From Candidatus Staskawiczbacteria bacterium (GTDB lineage: Bacteria; Patescibacteriota; Minisyncoccia; Minisyncoccales; Staskawiczbacteraceae): 64,000 bases of DNA. The notes beneath the pieces were generated by a model. That model made no database searches. It was given only the letters and a program-made list of their open reading frames with translations, and had not been told where the DNA came from. The translations under genes were made by a program, and so were the position numbers. The stretch covers positions 27,662 through 91,661 of the forward strand of contig JAHFKU010000001.1 in the NCBI GenBank assembly GCA_023245195.1, read 5' to 3'. How positions within the stretch are numbered: position 1 is the first letter of the stretch; every line of letters begins with the position of its first letter. This document shows, in pieces, positions 1-9,404 of the stretch.

Positions 1-24
1 TTTTTAAAAAACTTTTATGTTGCT

Positions 25-489
25 TTGATAAAATCTCCGGTAAGTTTTTGCGTAGCGGCTAAAGAAAATAATCAAATAATAGGTTTTGTGGCGGGGGTTT
101 CTAATATGAACGCCTTTTACAAATATTTTCTTACGCACTATTTTTTTCAGTCGTTTCTTATATTACTGCCCAAAATATTTTCTTCGTTTAAAAAAATGCT
201 GGAAACGTTATTATATCCAACAAAAGAACAATCTTTGCCTCCTGCGGAGCTCTTAGTTATCGCTATAAAAAAAGAATTCCAAGGTCAGGGGTTGGGTAAA
301 TCCTTATTGAATGAATTTTTAGTCCAAATGCAAAAAAGAAATATTACTATTTTTAAAGTGGTGGTCGGCGAAGATTTAACTAATGCAATTAAATTTTACG
401 AAAAAAATAATTTTACATTTATAAAAAATATTAACATTCATGGCAGTGCCTCCTCAAGAGTTTACTGCTATGAAGCAATGCAATCATGA
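25..489 (+). CDS. GNAT family N-acetyltransferase (probably 5'-truncated by window edge)
   Basis: Acetyl-CoA motif FQGQGLGKSLL and 'NAIKFYEKNNF'. Confidence 0.8.
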   Translation: MIKSPVSFCVAAKENNQIIGFVAGVSNMNAFYKYFLTHYFFQSFLILLPKIFSSFKKMLETLLYPTKEQSLPPAELLVIAIKKEFQGQGLGKSLLNEFLVQMQKRNITIFKVVVGEDLTNAIKFYEKNNFTFIKNINIHGSASSRVYCYEAMQS

Positions 490-1418
490 GCATTATTTTT
501 TATTTTTTAGTGCCCCTTTTTATAGGTATCGTTGCAACATTTCTTCTCATGAAATTTTCCCAAAAAACTAATTTTTTGGTTGACGTATCAGAGGGCGATG
601 CACTAAAAATCCACACAAAAAACATCTCGCTTTTGGGCGGGTCGGCCATGGTGTTTACCTGGCTGGTTGGAACTGTCTTATTGTGGCGTCCGGGTTTTCA
701 TTTGTATGTTATTGCAATTACCGTAGGAATTTTGATGGCATTTTTTCTTGGTTTTTACGATGACTTAAAATGGAAGCATGTTTCTAGGATAAAACCGATG
801 CAAAAATTTATCCTTTTGCTTTTGTGTACTATCGGTTCGTCGGCAGTATTATTGTTTACCGGAATTTCTTTTCGTTTTTTGCCGTATTCCGCTATTTCTT
901 TACTTTTAGGTTTTGCCTATATTTTTGTTTGCATTAATGCTGTTAACTACCAAGATGGGATGGATGGATTGGCTGGAGGTTTGGCGGCCATTTCATTTTT
1001 AGGGTTTAGTTTGTCGGGTATGGCTGCTTACAATGGTTTTACAACGATGATTTCCATTATTGCTCTTGGCGCAGTTACGGCACTTTTATGTTTCAATTTT
1101 CCGCCGGCGAAAATCTTTATGGGGGATTCGGGGGCCTATTTTTTAGGATTTATTTTAGCGGTTTTGGCAATGTTACTTTCAAAACCGTATAATATTTACA
1201 GTGTTTTGGGCCCAATATTTATTATTGGCTTGCCGATTTTTGACGGAGTATACACCAATATCAGAAGAGTGCTGACCGGCAAATCCATCTTTTTGGGCGA
1301 CCGAAGCCACTTTTACGATAAACTGTTACAAAAAGGTTTTTCTACGAAAAAAACTTTAGCCATCTGTTATGGGTTGCAAATCGTGCTTGTTATTCTTGGA
1401 TTAGTGATTATTGCTTAG
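486..1418 (+). CDS. MraY/WecA-family polyprenyl-phosphate GlcNAc-1-P transferase
   Basis: Multi-TM; motifs GFYDDL, NAVNYQDGMDGLA, FNFPPAKIFMGDSGA, DRSHF. Confidence 0.9.
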   Translation: MSIIFYFLVPLFIGIVATFLLMKFSQKTNFLVDVSEGDALKIHTKNISLLGGSAMVFTWLVGTVLLWRPGFHLYVIAITVGILMAFFLGFYDDLKWKHVSRIKPMQKFILLLLCTIGSSAVLLFTGISFRFLPYSAISLLLGFAYIFVCINAVNYQDGMDGLAGGLAAISFLGFSLSGMAAYNGFTTMISIIALGAVTALLCFNFPPAKIFMGDSGAYFLGFILAVLAMLLSKPYNIYSVLGPIFIIGLPIFDGVYTNIRRVLTGKSIFLGDRSHFYDKLLQKGFSTKKTLAICYGLQIVLVILGLVIIA

Positions 1419-1426
1419 ATCGAACA

Positions 1427-1512
1427 TTGATTTATAGGCAATGCTATGGTATTATTTTACCTAGTCCTGATTGTGGCTCGTTGCCTCAATCTTGAATCAC
1501 AAACACAAGGAG
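1427..1512 (+). promoter_or_regulatory. sigma70-like promoter and SD of the 1520 ORF
   Basis: TTGATT-17-TATTAT with TG extension; AAGGAG 1507-1512. Confidence 0.55.
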
Positions 1513-1519
1513 ATTTCAA

Positions 1520-2422
1520 ATGAAGCTGATTTCTGCGTCGTCTTTTTATCGCCTGCCGTTTGACGAAAGGGCGCATATTGAAGACGGTTCTTTCCTTAAC
1601 GCGCGGGCAAAGCTCTTTGGGGTCGCCGATGGCGTCTCCGAGGCGTACAGTCCTAGTAATCCGCCACTGATGTATGAAGATCTCTACGATTCTCGCTTTC
1701 ATAAGAAAGGCATCACCAGCGGTCAGATGATTGCGTCTTTGTTTGCTGGTAACGGTGCATCGCTACTTCCAACGTACGATGCCGAGGAGTTTCTACTCGG
1801 TATTAATAACCGCATTCTCGCCACCCACAGGCAAATGAGGAAAGATCCTATCAAGGGTGACGATGTTGGCGGTGCAAGCTTCTGCGTTTGCAAGATTTGT
1901 GACAAGTTCATCACGCTGATCTTCGGCGGTGATTGTTTCGCTCTCGTTAAGACAGAAGAGGGATACCAGTTCTTCTCTGGGTTTGACGAAGCGGCCTTCA
2001 AAGTAGAGAAGGAGGATAACGAGGCCTACACCCGATATCTTCAAAAAGCAGAAGGCAATAGGGGACTGGCATGGGATCTATATTGGCCCGAATATAGAGC
2101 CAAGCGTCTTCGTATTTCCAACAAGAATCTGGGCAAGGGTGGATCCGCCACACTCAATGGTGATCCGGCTCTAAAAGAATGCTGGTCGGTCAGGCAGATT
2201 AGCCTGTCGTTAAATCCTCGGTTCGTACTGCTGGGTACTGACGGACTTCTACCATCACACAAAACTGATCCCGCAAACAAGGGACTGGCCGAAGAACTAG
2301 GACACCTGTATTCCTTAAGCGGATTATCAGGCGTCCTAAAATGGCGAGATGAAACCGAGCAGTCACTCGCTCACCTCACGGGCTGGCCCGAAGCTTCCGC
2401 GATTGAAATAAAATTCAGTTGA
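1520..2422 (+). CDS. PP2C/SpoIIE-like phosphatase-fold protein
   Basis: ED near N-terminus, FGVADGVS, GD, LLGTDGL; higher GC than neighbours. Confidence 0.7.
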   Translation: MKLISASSFYRLPFDERAHIEDGSFLNARAKLFGVADGVSEAYSPSNPPLMYEDLYDSRFHKKGITSGQMIASLFAGNGASLLPTYDAEEFLLGINNRILATHRQMRKDPIKGDDVGGASFCVCKICDKFITLIFGGDCFALVKTEEGYQFFSGFDEAAFKVEKEDNEAYTRYLQKAEGNRGLAWDLYWPEYRAKRLRISNKNLGKGGSATLNGDPALKECWSVRQISLSLNPRFVLLGTDGLLPSHKTDPANKGLAEELGHLYSLSGLSGVLKWRDETEQSLAHLTGWPEASAIEIKFS

Positions 2423-2615
2423 AATTTCACCATACCGCAACCTGTCAAGGAAGCGGTTTTTTTATTTGATTTAAGTTATAAATCTGATAGTATTTAGGTA
2501 ATATGCAAAGCATATATTTTATCACTCGGTCGGCATCCAAAAATGCTCGCGCAAAAATTAAAACGAATTTTAATTTTTGCGCTTACAATTTCGTCTGCCT
2601 CCCTCCTTCATAAAT

Positions 2616-3755
2616 ATGAACATCCCCCTATTTAAAATTTACTGGGACCAAGATGATATTACTGCCGTAAATAAGGCCATAAAATCTGGCTGGGGCTGGG
2701 CGATTGGGCCCCAAGTGGAAAAATTTGAAGAAAAATTGGCAACATATGTCGGCACAAAGTATGCTATTACGTTTAACTCTGGCACATCAGCTCTTTATGC
2801 GCTTTTATTGGCTTGCGGGATAAAAGAAGGGGATGAGGTTATTGTGCCATCATTTACGTTTATTGCCACGGCCAATGTGTGCCTTATGGTAGGCGCTGTG
2901 CCGGTGTTTGCTGAAGTAGAAAATCAAACGTACGGCTTGGATCCTAAAGATGTAGAAAGGAAAATAACCAAAAAAACCAAGGCCATCATGCCGGTTCATT
3001 ACGCCGGGCTGGGTTGCAATATTAATGAAATTAAAAAAATCGCTGATGCGCATAATATCTTGTTACTGGAAGACGCAGCAGAATCATTAGGCGCTAAAAT
3101 TGGCAATAAAAAAGTGGGAACGTTTGGATTTGCTTCCATGGTAAGTTTTTGCAGCAATAAAGTGATAACGACCGGAGAAGGCGGGGCGATCGTCACCAAT
3201 TCAAAAGATCTTTATGAAAAATTAAAATTATTGCGGTCGCACGGACGGGCGGAAACTACAAATTATTTTTCTTCATCAGAATACATGGACTATGTAGAGC
3301 TTGGTTATAATTTCAGGATGTCAAACATTACGGCTTCTTTAGCAATTAGCCAGCTTAAAAAAATAGAAAAAATTATCGGCCTGCGGCGCGCCAATGGCGC
3401 TTATCTTTCTAAAAAGCTAGAAGGTGTGCGTCAAATAACATTGCCTCATGCCCCAAAAGATTATGTCCATATTTACCAGATGTTTACCATATATATAGAA
3501 GGCGGAAAAAAAGTGAGGGATGCCTTAAAAAATTATTTGAATAAAAATGGCATTATGGCCAAAGTGTATTTTCATCCTGTCCACCTAACTACGTTTTACC
3601 GTAAAAAATATGGGTATAAAAAAGGATTTTTGCCAAAAACCGAACAGATATCAGATAGTGTATTAACCCTGCCCATGTATCCAGAACTTTCCAAAAAAGA
3701 AATGGATATTATAGCAAGCAATATTAATACTTTTTTCGGGCAATCACATGATTGA
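2616..3755 (+). CDS. DegT/DnrJ/EryC1/StrS PLP-dependent sugar aminotransferase
   Basis: NSGTSAL, PSFTFIATAN, EDAAESLG, SF..NKVITTGEGG, GYNFRM; start moved to ATG 2616. Confidence 0.92.
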   Translation: MNIPLFKIYWDQDDITAVNKAIKSGWGWAIGPQVEKFEEKLATYVGTKYAITFNSGTSALYALLLACGIKEGDEVIVPSFTFIATANVCLMVGAVPVFAEVENQTYGLDPKDVERKITKKTKAIMPVHYAGLGCNINEIKKIADAHNILLLEDAAESLGAKIGNKKVGTFGFASMVSFCSNKVITTGEGGAIVTNSKDLYEKLKLLRSHGRAETTNYFSSSEYMDYVELGYNFRMSNITASLAISQLKKIEKIIGLRRANGAYLSKKLEGVRQITLPHAPKDYVHIYQMFTIYIEGGKKVRDALKNYLNKNGIMAKVYFHPVHLTTFYRKKYGYKKGFLPKTEQISDSVLTLPMYPELSKKEMDIIASNINTFFGQSHD

Positions 3756-5595
3756 TTTATTTAAAAAAACGGTGGCAAAAAGAATGCTGTTTTTCATTGC
3801 AGCTGATGTTTTTTTTATTGCCCTTTCCATTTGGCTGGCTTTTTTATTCAGATTTGACGGTAAAATTCCAGCCCAGTACGATCCTTTTATTTTGAGGATG
3901 ATAGTACTAGCCATTATTTTTATCATACCGATTTTTTATTTTCACAAATTGTATTCTTTTTCCTGGTCATACGTGAGCGCCAGCGAACTGGTATCGTTAT
4001 TTAATGCTACCACTATTTCTTTTATATTTTTAAGCATTGCTATTTTTATATCCCACTATTTTCCCCATTTTACGAATTTCCCAAGATCAACTATTTTTAT
4101 AAGTTATATATTGGTCTTTATTTTTACCAGTGCGATACGTTTTTCAAAACGGGTTTATTCCCACAGGTTAGAATTTAAAAGAATTCAGGGACAGGAAAGA
4201 ACGCTCATTGTAGGAGCCGGCGACGCGGGCGAGCAAATTTTAAGAAGTATCCTGTCTTCAAAGATTCACGCTTATTTTCCTATTGGATTTGTCGATGATA
4301 ATCCCATGAAAAAGGGAGTTAAAATCCACGGGCTTAATGTATTTGGGAAAATTTCTGATATACCGGCTATTGTAACAAGTCAGCAAATTAAGCAGTTGAT
4401 TATTGCGCTTCCTTCGGCTAGTTCTACCGCCATAAGAAATGCGGTTGAGCTTGGCAAAAGTGCTGGAGTGCGCAAGATTAAAATTGCCCCGCCTCTCAAT
4501 GAAATTATCCGAGGCCAGGTATCTTTGAAAAATTTACGAGATGTTGATGTGGAAGATTTGCTGGGGCGAGACGCCGTGGTACTGGATAAAAAACAGATAG
4601 AACAATTTATAAAAAATAAGATAGTATTAATTACAGGAGCTGCCGGTTCTATCGGTTCTGAACTTTCGCGCCAGGTGGCAAAGTTTAAGCCATCACTGTT
4701 AGTTTTATTGGATCAAGACGAAACTGGCATGTTTCATATTGCTGGTGAAATAAAAAGTAAGTTTGATACCGTGATTACCCAATCTTTAGTGGCAGATATA
4801 ACCGACAAAGAGAAAATGCACGAAGTATTTGGTCGCTATCATCCGGAAATAGTATTTCATGCCGCTGCTTATAAGCATGTTCCATTAATGGAAGACCAGC
4901 CCGATGAAGCTGTAAAAAATAATATTTTTGGCACCAAGGTTTTAATAGAAGCGAGCCTTAGTGCTCGCGTGCAGAAGTTTATTTTTATTTCAACTGACAA
5001 GGCGGTGAACCCTACATCAGTTATGGGTGGCAGTAAGCGAATTAGCGAGATGCTTTGCCAGGCTTATAACCAAAAAAACAGCACTAAATTTATTTCTGTA
5101 CGCTTTGGCAATGTGCTAAATAGCAGGGGTAGTGTTATTCCTATTTTTAAAGAACAAATCAGAAGAGGGGGGCCGGTGGAAGTTACACATCCCGAAATGC
5201 AGCGATATTTCATGTTAACCAGCGAAGCGTGTTTGCTCGTTATGCAGGCAGGAGCCATGGGCCAAGGGGGCGAAGTGTTTGTGTTGGACATGGGCAAACC
5301 CGTTAAAATTTTGGACTTAGCGCGGGAAATGATACGGTTGTCAGGATTTGAACCCGACAAAGATATCGCCATTATTTTTACCGGAATCCGGCCCGGAGAA
5401 AAATTATTTGAAGAAATTTTGACTGCCCAAGAAGGAGTTGCTGCCACTCAGCACCAGAAAATTTTTATCGCCAAGATGGCCGATGTGCATTTTTCTAATA
5501 TCAATGCCACGTTAGACGATTTAAAGAACAGTATCTATAAAAACAATAAAGAGATGATTGCCAGCAGTATTAAACATATAATTCAAAGTTCTTAA
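3748..5595 (+). CDS. CapD/PglF-like membrane-bound nucleoside-diphosphate sugar 4,6-dehydratase
   Basis: 4 TM, GAGDAG, ITGAAGSIGSEL, FHAAAYKHVP, STDKAVNP, VRFGNVL. Confidence 0.93.
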   Translation: MIDLFKKTVAKRMLFFIAADVFFIALSIWLAFLFRFDGKIPAQYDPFILRMIVLAIIFIIPIFYFHKLYSFSWSYVSASELVSLFNATTISFIFLSIAIFISHYFPHFTNFPRSTIFISYILVFIFTSAIRFSKRVYSHRLEFKRIQGQERTLIVGAGDAGEQILRSILSSKIHAYFPIGFVDDNPMKKGVKIHGLNVFGKISDIPAIVTSQQIKQLIIALPSASSTAIRNAVELGKSAGVRKIKIAPPLNEIIRGQVSLKNLRDVDVEDLLGRDAVVLDKKQIEQFIKNKIVLITGAAGSIGSELSRQVAKFKPSLLVLLDQDETGMFHIAGEIKSKFDTVITQSLVADITDKEKMHEVFGRYHPEIVFHAAAYKHVPLMEDQPDEAVKNNIFGTKVLIEASLSARVQKFIFISTDKAVNPTSVMGGSKRISEMLCQAYNQKNSTKFISVRFGNVLNSRGSVIPIFKEQIRRGGPVEVTHPEMQRYFMLTSEACLLVMQAGAMGQGGEVFVLDMGKPVKILDLAREMIRLSGFEPDKDIAIIFTGIRPGEKLFEEILTAQEGVAATQHQKIFIAKMADVHFSNINATLDDLKNSIYKNNKEMIASSIKHIIQSS

Positions 5596-5597
5596 CT

Positions 5598-5963
5598 ATG
5601 GATCATTTTAAACGCGTTGCCAATGATGCTCGAAAAAAAGTGCTCGAAATGGTACACAGGGGTCAAACCAGCCATATCGGGTCTAATTTTTCTTCCATGG
5701 ACATTCTGGCCGTTTTGTTTTCTAAATTGAATTTAGATAAAGATTTAAAGCCGGATCGCGATCGATTTGTGCTTTCCAAGGGTTGGGTAGCCGCCGCTTT
5801 GTATTACTTCTTAGCCGAAAAAGGCATTATTCCCAAAGAAGACTTAGAGGAATTTGGCAAAGAAGGATCCCCATATATCGGTTTGGCTGAGGTGATGGAA
5901 AAAGAAGTACCATGTGATTCTTGCCATGGGACAGGGATTGACGATAAACCGATTAAAAACTAA
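5598..5963 (+). CDS. Transketolase N-terminal (TPP-binding) section, first fragment, ending in CxxCxGxG
   Basis: SHIGSNFS, DRDRFVLSKG; ends GLAEVMEKEVPCDSCHGTGIDDKPIKN*. Confidence 0.85.
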   Translation: MDHFKRVANDARKKVLEMVHRGQTSHIGSNFSSMDILAVLFSKLNLDKDLKPDRDRFVLSKGWVAAALYYFLAEKGIIPKEDLEEFGKEGSPYIGLAEVMEKEVPCDSCHGTGIDDKPIKN

Positions 5964-5972
5964 AATTAATAT

Positions 5973-6521
5973 GTGGTTAAAACTTGCCAAACTTGTAATA
6001 AAGAATTTATACCAAAGGATGACAGGCCATCAAGACCTGCTAAGTTTTGTTCGCGTAGATGCATTCGAAACAGTACTCAGTTTAAAATAGGTCACAAACT
6101 TACGCCGCTTGGAAATAGGCGATGGGATAATCCGGCCACAAAGATGACATGGTTTAAAAAAGGTGTTCATTCATATCCTTTTGCTACCAATTTTAAGAAA
6201 GGATTTACGCCATGGAACGCGGGAAAAGATTTCGGAGGGACGGAATATATAGCAAAAAGAATAACTTGGTTGCAACAATATAAGAAATGGAAAAAAGAAA
6301 TTAAAATTAGGGATAATTTAAAGTGTATTCAATGTGGTAGTATTAAAAATCTTAATGTTGATCATTATCCGATTTCTTTAGCTGCATTAATCAAAAAGTT
6401 CAACATAAAAAAACCACAAGAAGCAAAAGAGTTCAAAGATTTTTGGGATAAAGGTAATGGCAGGACTCTTTGTCTTTCCTGTCATAAACAAACAGACACT
6501 TATGGAAAAAACTTCGTGTAA
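5973..6521 (+). CDS. HNH homing-endonuclease-like protein inserted in the transketolase gene
   Basis: N-terminal CxxC..FCSRRC, FKKG-type repeats, RDNLKCIQCG..NVDH..NGRTLCLSCH. Confidence 0.85.
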   Translation: MVKTCQTCNKEFIPKDDRPSRPAKFCSRRCIRNSTQFKIGHKLTPLGNRRWDNPATKMTWFKKGVHSYPFATNFKKGFTPWNAGKDFGGTEYIAKRITWLQQYKKWKKEIKIRDNLKCIQCGSIKNLNVDHYPISLAALIKKFNIKKPQEAKEFKDFWDKGNGRTLCLSCHKQTDTYGKNFV

Positions 6522-7044
6522 AAAATGTAACGGTACCGGAAAGATAAAAGAGAATTTCATACCAGTAAATTCTGGGGCCATGGGCCACGGGTTACCCATT
6601 GCTTTAGGTATGGCTCTGGCGGCAAAACGTGGCAATGAAGCATGGAAAACCTACGTTTTAATGTCCGATGGAGAACTGGATTGCGGCACCACTTGGGAAT
6701 GCGCTTTGTTGGCGGGTCACCAGAAATTAAACAATCTAGCAGTAATTATAGATTACAATGGCTTCCAAGCCATGGGCACTAAAAAGGAAGTATTAGACGT
6801 GGAACCGCTGGCTGATAAGTGGCGCGCTTTCAATTGGGAGGTCGTAGAAATTGATGGGCACGATTACCAACAGATAAGCGATGCTTTAGATAAAATTACT
6901 ACTGCCCAAAAACCATTGGTGATTATCGCCAAAACCACTAAAGGGAAAGGAGTCTCTTTTTTTGAAGGAAAGCTAGAATGGCACTACAAAACCATCGACC
7001 AAGAGCATTATCAAAAAGCCTTAGAAGAATTAACTAAAGATTAA
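6502..7044 (+). CDS. Transketolase N-terminal section, second fragment, starting with CxxCxGxG
   Basis: MEKTSCKKCNGTG, then SGAMGHGLP, SDGE..G..WE..DYN, DGHD, TTKGKGVSF..WH; ATG 6502 overlaps the HNH stop. Confidence 0.85.
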   Translation: MEKTSCKKCNGTGKIKENFIPVNSGAMGHGLPIALGMALAAKRGNEAWKTYVLMSDGELDCGTTWECALLAGHQKLNNLAVIIDYNGFQAMGTKKEVLDVEPLADKWRAFNWEVVEIDGHDYQQISDALDKITTAQKPLVIIAKTTKGKGVSFFEGKLEWHYKTIDQEHYQKALEELTKD

Positions 7045-7050
7045 CATCAT

Positions 7051-7614
7051 ATGATGGATGATAAGCAATCATCAATCCCTGGCTTTACCAAGGGATTGCC
7101 AAATGAGATACAAAAAGAAACAACGGCCCGCAACGCCCGCGGCGTTTTTATGGAAACTCTGGAAGAATTAGTTCAAAAAGATCCGCGCATTATATTAGTG
7201 GTGGGAGACGTCGGTTTTTCCTACATGCAGGAATTTCAAAAAAAATACCCAAATCAATACATCAACACCGGCGTCATGGAACAATCTTTTATGGGGATCG
7301 CAGCGGGACTAGCCCAAAGTGGATGGAAACCGTATGTGTATTCTATGGTTCCGTTTGTCATTATGCGAAACTACGAACAGCTACGAAACGATGTCTGTTA
7401 CGCCAATGCTAATGTGAAACTGATCGGCGCGGTTGGCAATGTGCACTATCGCTTTCAGGGCATGAGCCACAACTTACTGGGAACAGAAAACGAAGAAGAC
7501 TTATTAAAGAATCTTCCCAATATCCAGCGTTTTTATCCCAAAGATACCCAGGAAGTTAGAAAGATTGTGCTGGAAACATATCGCGATAGCAAACCGACCT
7601 ATATTAGGCTATGA
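7051..7614 (+). CDS. Transketolase pyrimidine-binding domain protein (no C-terminal domain)
   Basis: NTGVMEQSFMGIAAGLA, RNYEQLRNDV, ends PTYIRL. Confidence 0.85.
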   Translation: MMDDKQSSIPGFTKGLPNEIQKETTARNARGVFMETLEELVQKDPRIILVVGDVGFSYMQEFQKKYPNQYINTGVMEQSFMGIAAGLAQSGWKPYVYSMVPFVIMRNYEQLRNDVCYANANVKLIGAVGNVHYRFQGMSHNLLGTENEEDLLKNLPNIQRFYPKDTQEVRKIVLETYRDSKPTYIRL

Positions 7615-7633
7615 TTAGGTCTAATCATAAAAA

Positions 7634-9325
7634 ATGAAAAAAATACTTTTTTTTGCCATTGTTTTTTTGGTGTTATTTCCGATAGCCAATGTAAAAGCCG
7701 CCAATGCCGGAGACATGGTGAATTTTAATGTAGATAAAAATTATGATGTAACTGCCAGGTCCCAAGTTACGGCATTGTTAGTTAAAACGGTTCCCAATCT
7801 CTATTTTTATATTGAAAAAAGTTGGTGGGATGCCCAGAGCTTGTCCCGGCAAAATGAAGTCTTGCATAATTTAGATGGTCTTTCTCAAGAATTTAATGAT
7901 AAGATATATCCCACGTTAACTTCATTCTACGGCTTTGAAGCAAGACCAGGGATTGATAGCGATAATAACATTACTATTTTATTTGAATCAGTTAATAATA
8001 ATCTTGGGGGATATTTTCGTTCGGCGGATGAATACAGTAAATTACAAGCTCCTGATTCCAGTGAACGGGAAATGCTTTACTTGCCAATTGCCCAAATTGA
8101 TAGCGCCCAGCTTAAGGTATTTTTAGCCCATGAGTTTGTTCATCTTATTGAGGCCAATCAAAAAGAACGGTTAAAAGGAGTCCAAGAAGAAGTTTGGTTA
8201 AGTGAAGCTAGGTCAGATTATGCATCGACTCTTTTGGGCTATGACGACACTTACGAAGGTAGTAATTTACAGCGGAGAGTGCAGGATTTTTTAAGCCAGC
8301 CGGGTGATTCTTTAACCGAGTGGCAGGGCACCAAATACGATTATGCGATTGAAAGCGTATTTATGCATTATCTGGTTGATCACTATGGGGTTGCCGTTTT
8401 GACTGATTCTTTGCATTCAAAATTAACTGGCATTCCAAGCCTTAACGAGGTGCTTGCCAAAAATGGGGCCCAAGAAACCTTTTCCCAGATTTTTGCCAAT
8501 TGGACAATATCAGTCGTTTTGAATAACTGCACCAATGGCGTAAAATACTGTTTTATCAATAAGAATTTAAGTAGTTTAAAAATAAATCCCAATTTAATTT
8601 TCTTGCCCTTGGTGGGCAGCAGTTCGCTTTCTATATCTAACGCTGTCAAAGATTGGGCAGGGAGTTGGCAAAAAATCATCGGTGGCAGCGGAGATTTAAC
8701 CTTAGAATTTTCGGGGCTTGGCGGCCTGGTTTTTAAGGTGCCCTATATTATCTACGATAAAAATAACACCTATACGGTCAATTTTTTAAATCTCGATAAA
8801 GATGGCAAAGGCCAAATTGATATTAAAAATTTTGGCAGCCGGTATAATTCTTTAGTTATCATGCCTTCGCTCCAATCAAAAATTTCTGGGTTTGGCGGGG
8901 CTGAAATCGCCCGTTCATATTCTTTTGTCGTTTCTATTACTGGCGATATCGTCCAAGAAAATCCCGCTTCAGTAAAGGATTTACTGGCGCAAATAGATGC
9001 CCTAAAAAAACAGATTGCTTTGTTGGAGCAAGGTAAAACACCGGCCGCATGCACCGCCATAACCGGCAATCTTGTTATCGGAATGGCGGGCAGCCAGGTA
9101 ACTTGCCTACAACAGTTTCTAAAAACGCAGGGGCCTGATATATATCCGGAGGGGCTGGTTACCGGGTTTTTTGGTAATTTGACAAAAATGGCCGTTATGC
9201 GTTTCCAGGAAAAATATAAGGCTGAAGTGTTGGCGCCTATTAACCTTTTGCAAGGCACGGGGTTTGTTGGAATATTAACCCGCCAGAAAATAAATCAATT
9301 ATTAAAATTTACCCCCACACCATAA
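7634..9325 (+). CDS. Secreted zinc metallopeptidase with C-terminal peptidoglycan-binding domain
   Basis: Signal peptide, AHEFVHLI..WLSE, coiled coil, LQQFL..TGFFGNLTK.AV.RFQ. Confidence 0.75.
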   Translation: MKKILFFAIVFLVLFPIANVKAANAGDMVNFNVDKNYDVTARSQVTALLVKTVPNLYFYIEKSWWDAQSLSRQNEVLHNLDGLSQEFNDKIYPTLTSFYGFEARPGIDSDNNITILFESVNNNLGGYFRSADEYSKLQAPDSSEREMLYLPIAQIDSAQLKVFLAHEFVHLIEANQKERLKGVQEEVWLSEARSDYASTLLGYDDTYEGSNLQRRVQDFLSQPGDSLTEWQGTKYDYAIESVFMHYLVDHYGVAVLTDSLHSKLTGIPSLNEVLAKNGAQETFSQIFANWTISVVLNNCTNGVKYCFINKNLSSLKINPNLIFLPLVGSSSLSISNAVKDWAGSWQKIIGGSGDLTLEFSGLGGLVFKVPYIIYDKNNTYTVNFLNLDKDGKGQIDIKNFGSRYNSLVIMPSLQSKISGFGGAEIARSYSFVVSITGDIVQENPASVKDLLAQIDALKKQIALLEQGKTPAACTAITGNLVIGMAGSQVTCLQQFLKTQGPDIYPEGLVTGFFGNLTKMAVMRFQEKYKAEVLAPINLLQGTGFVGILTRQKINQLLKFTPTP

Positions 9326-9404
9326 CGATAGCAAGAATACAAAATAATTTAAATTAAAAAATATAATTACCAGCGAATGAAAATTCACAATAACTTCGTT
9401 TGGT

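Noticed and set aside
5958-6489. Ribosomal bypass from AAC before the stop to in-frame AAC at 6487
   Set aside because: A hop of over 500 nt across an intact ORF with no take-off hairpin; ATG 6502 is a simpler start.
5963-6502. Group I/II intron or intein explaining the split transketolase
   Set aside because: Only 9 nt of non-coding sequence, no recognisable core, three separate frames with stops, and no intein terminal motifs.
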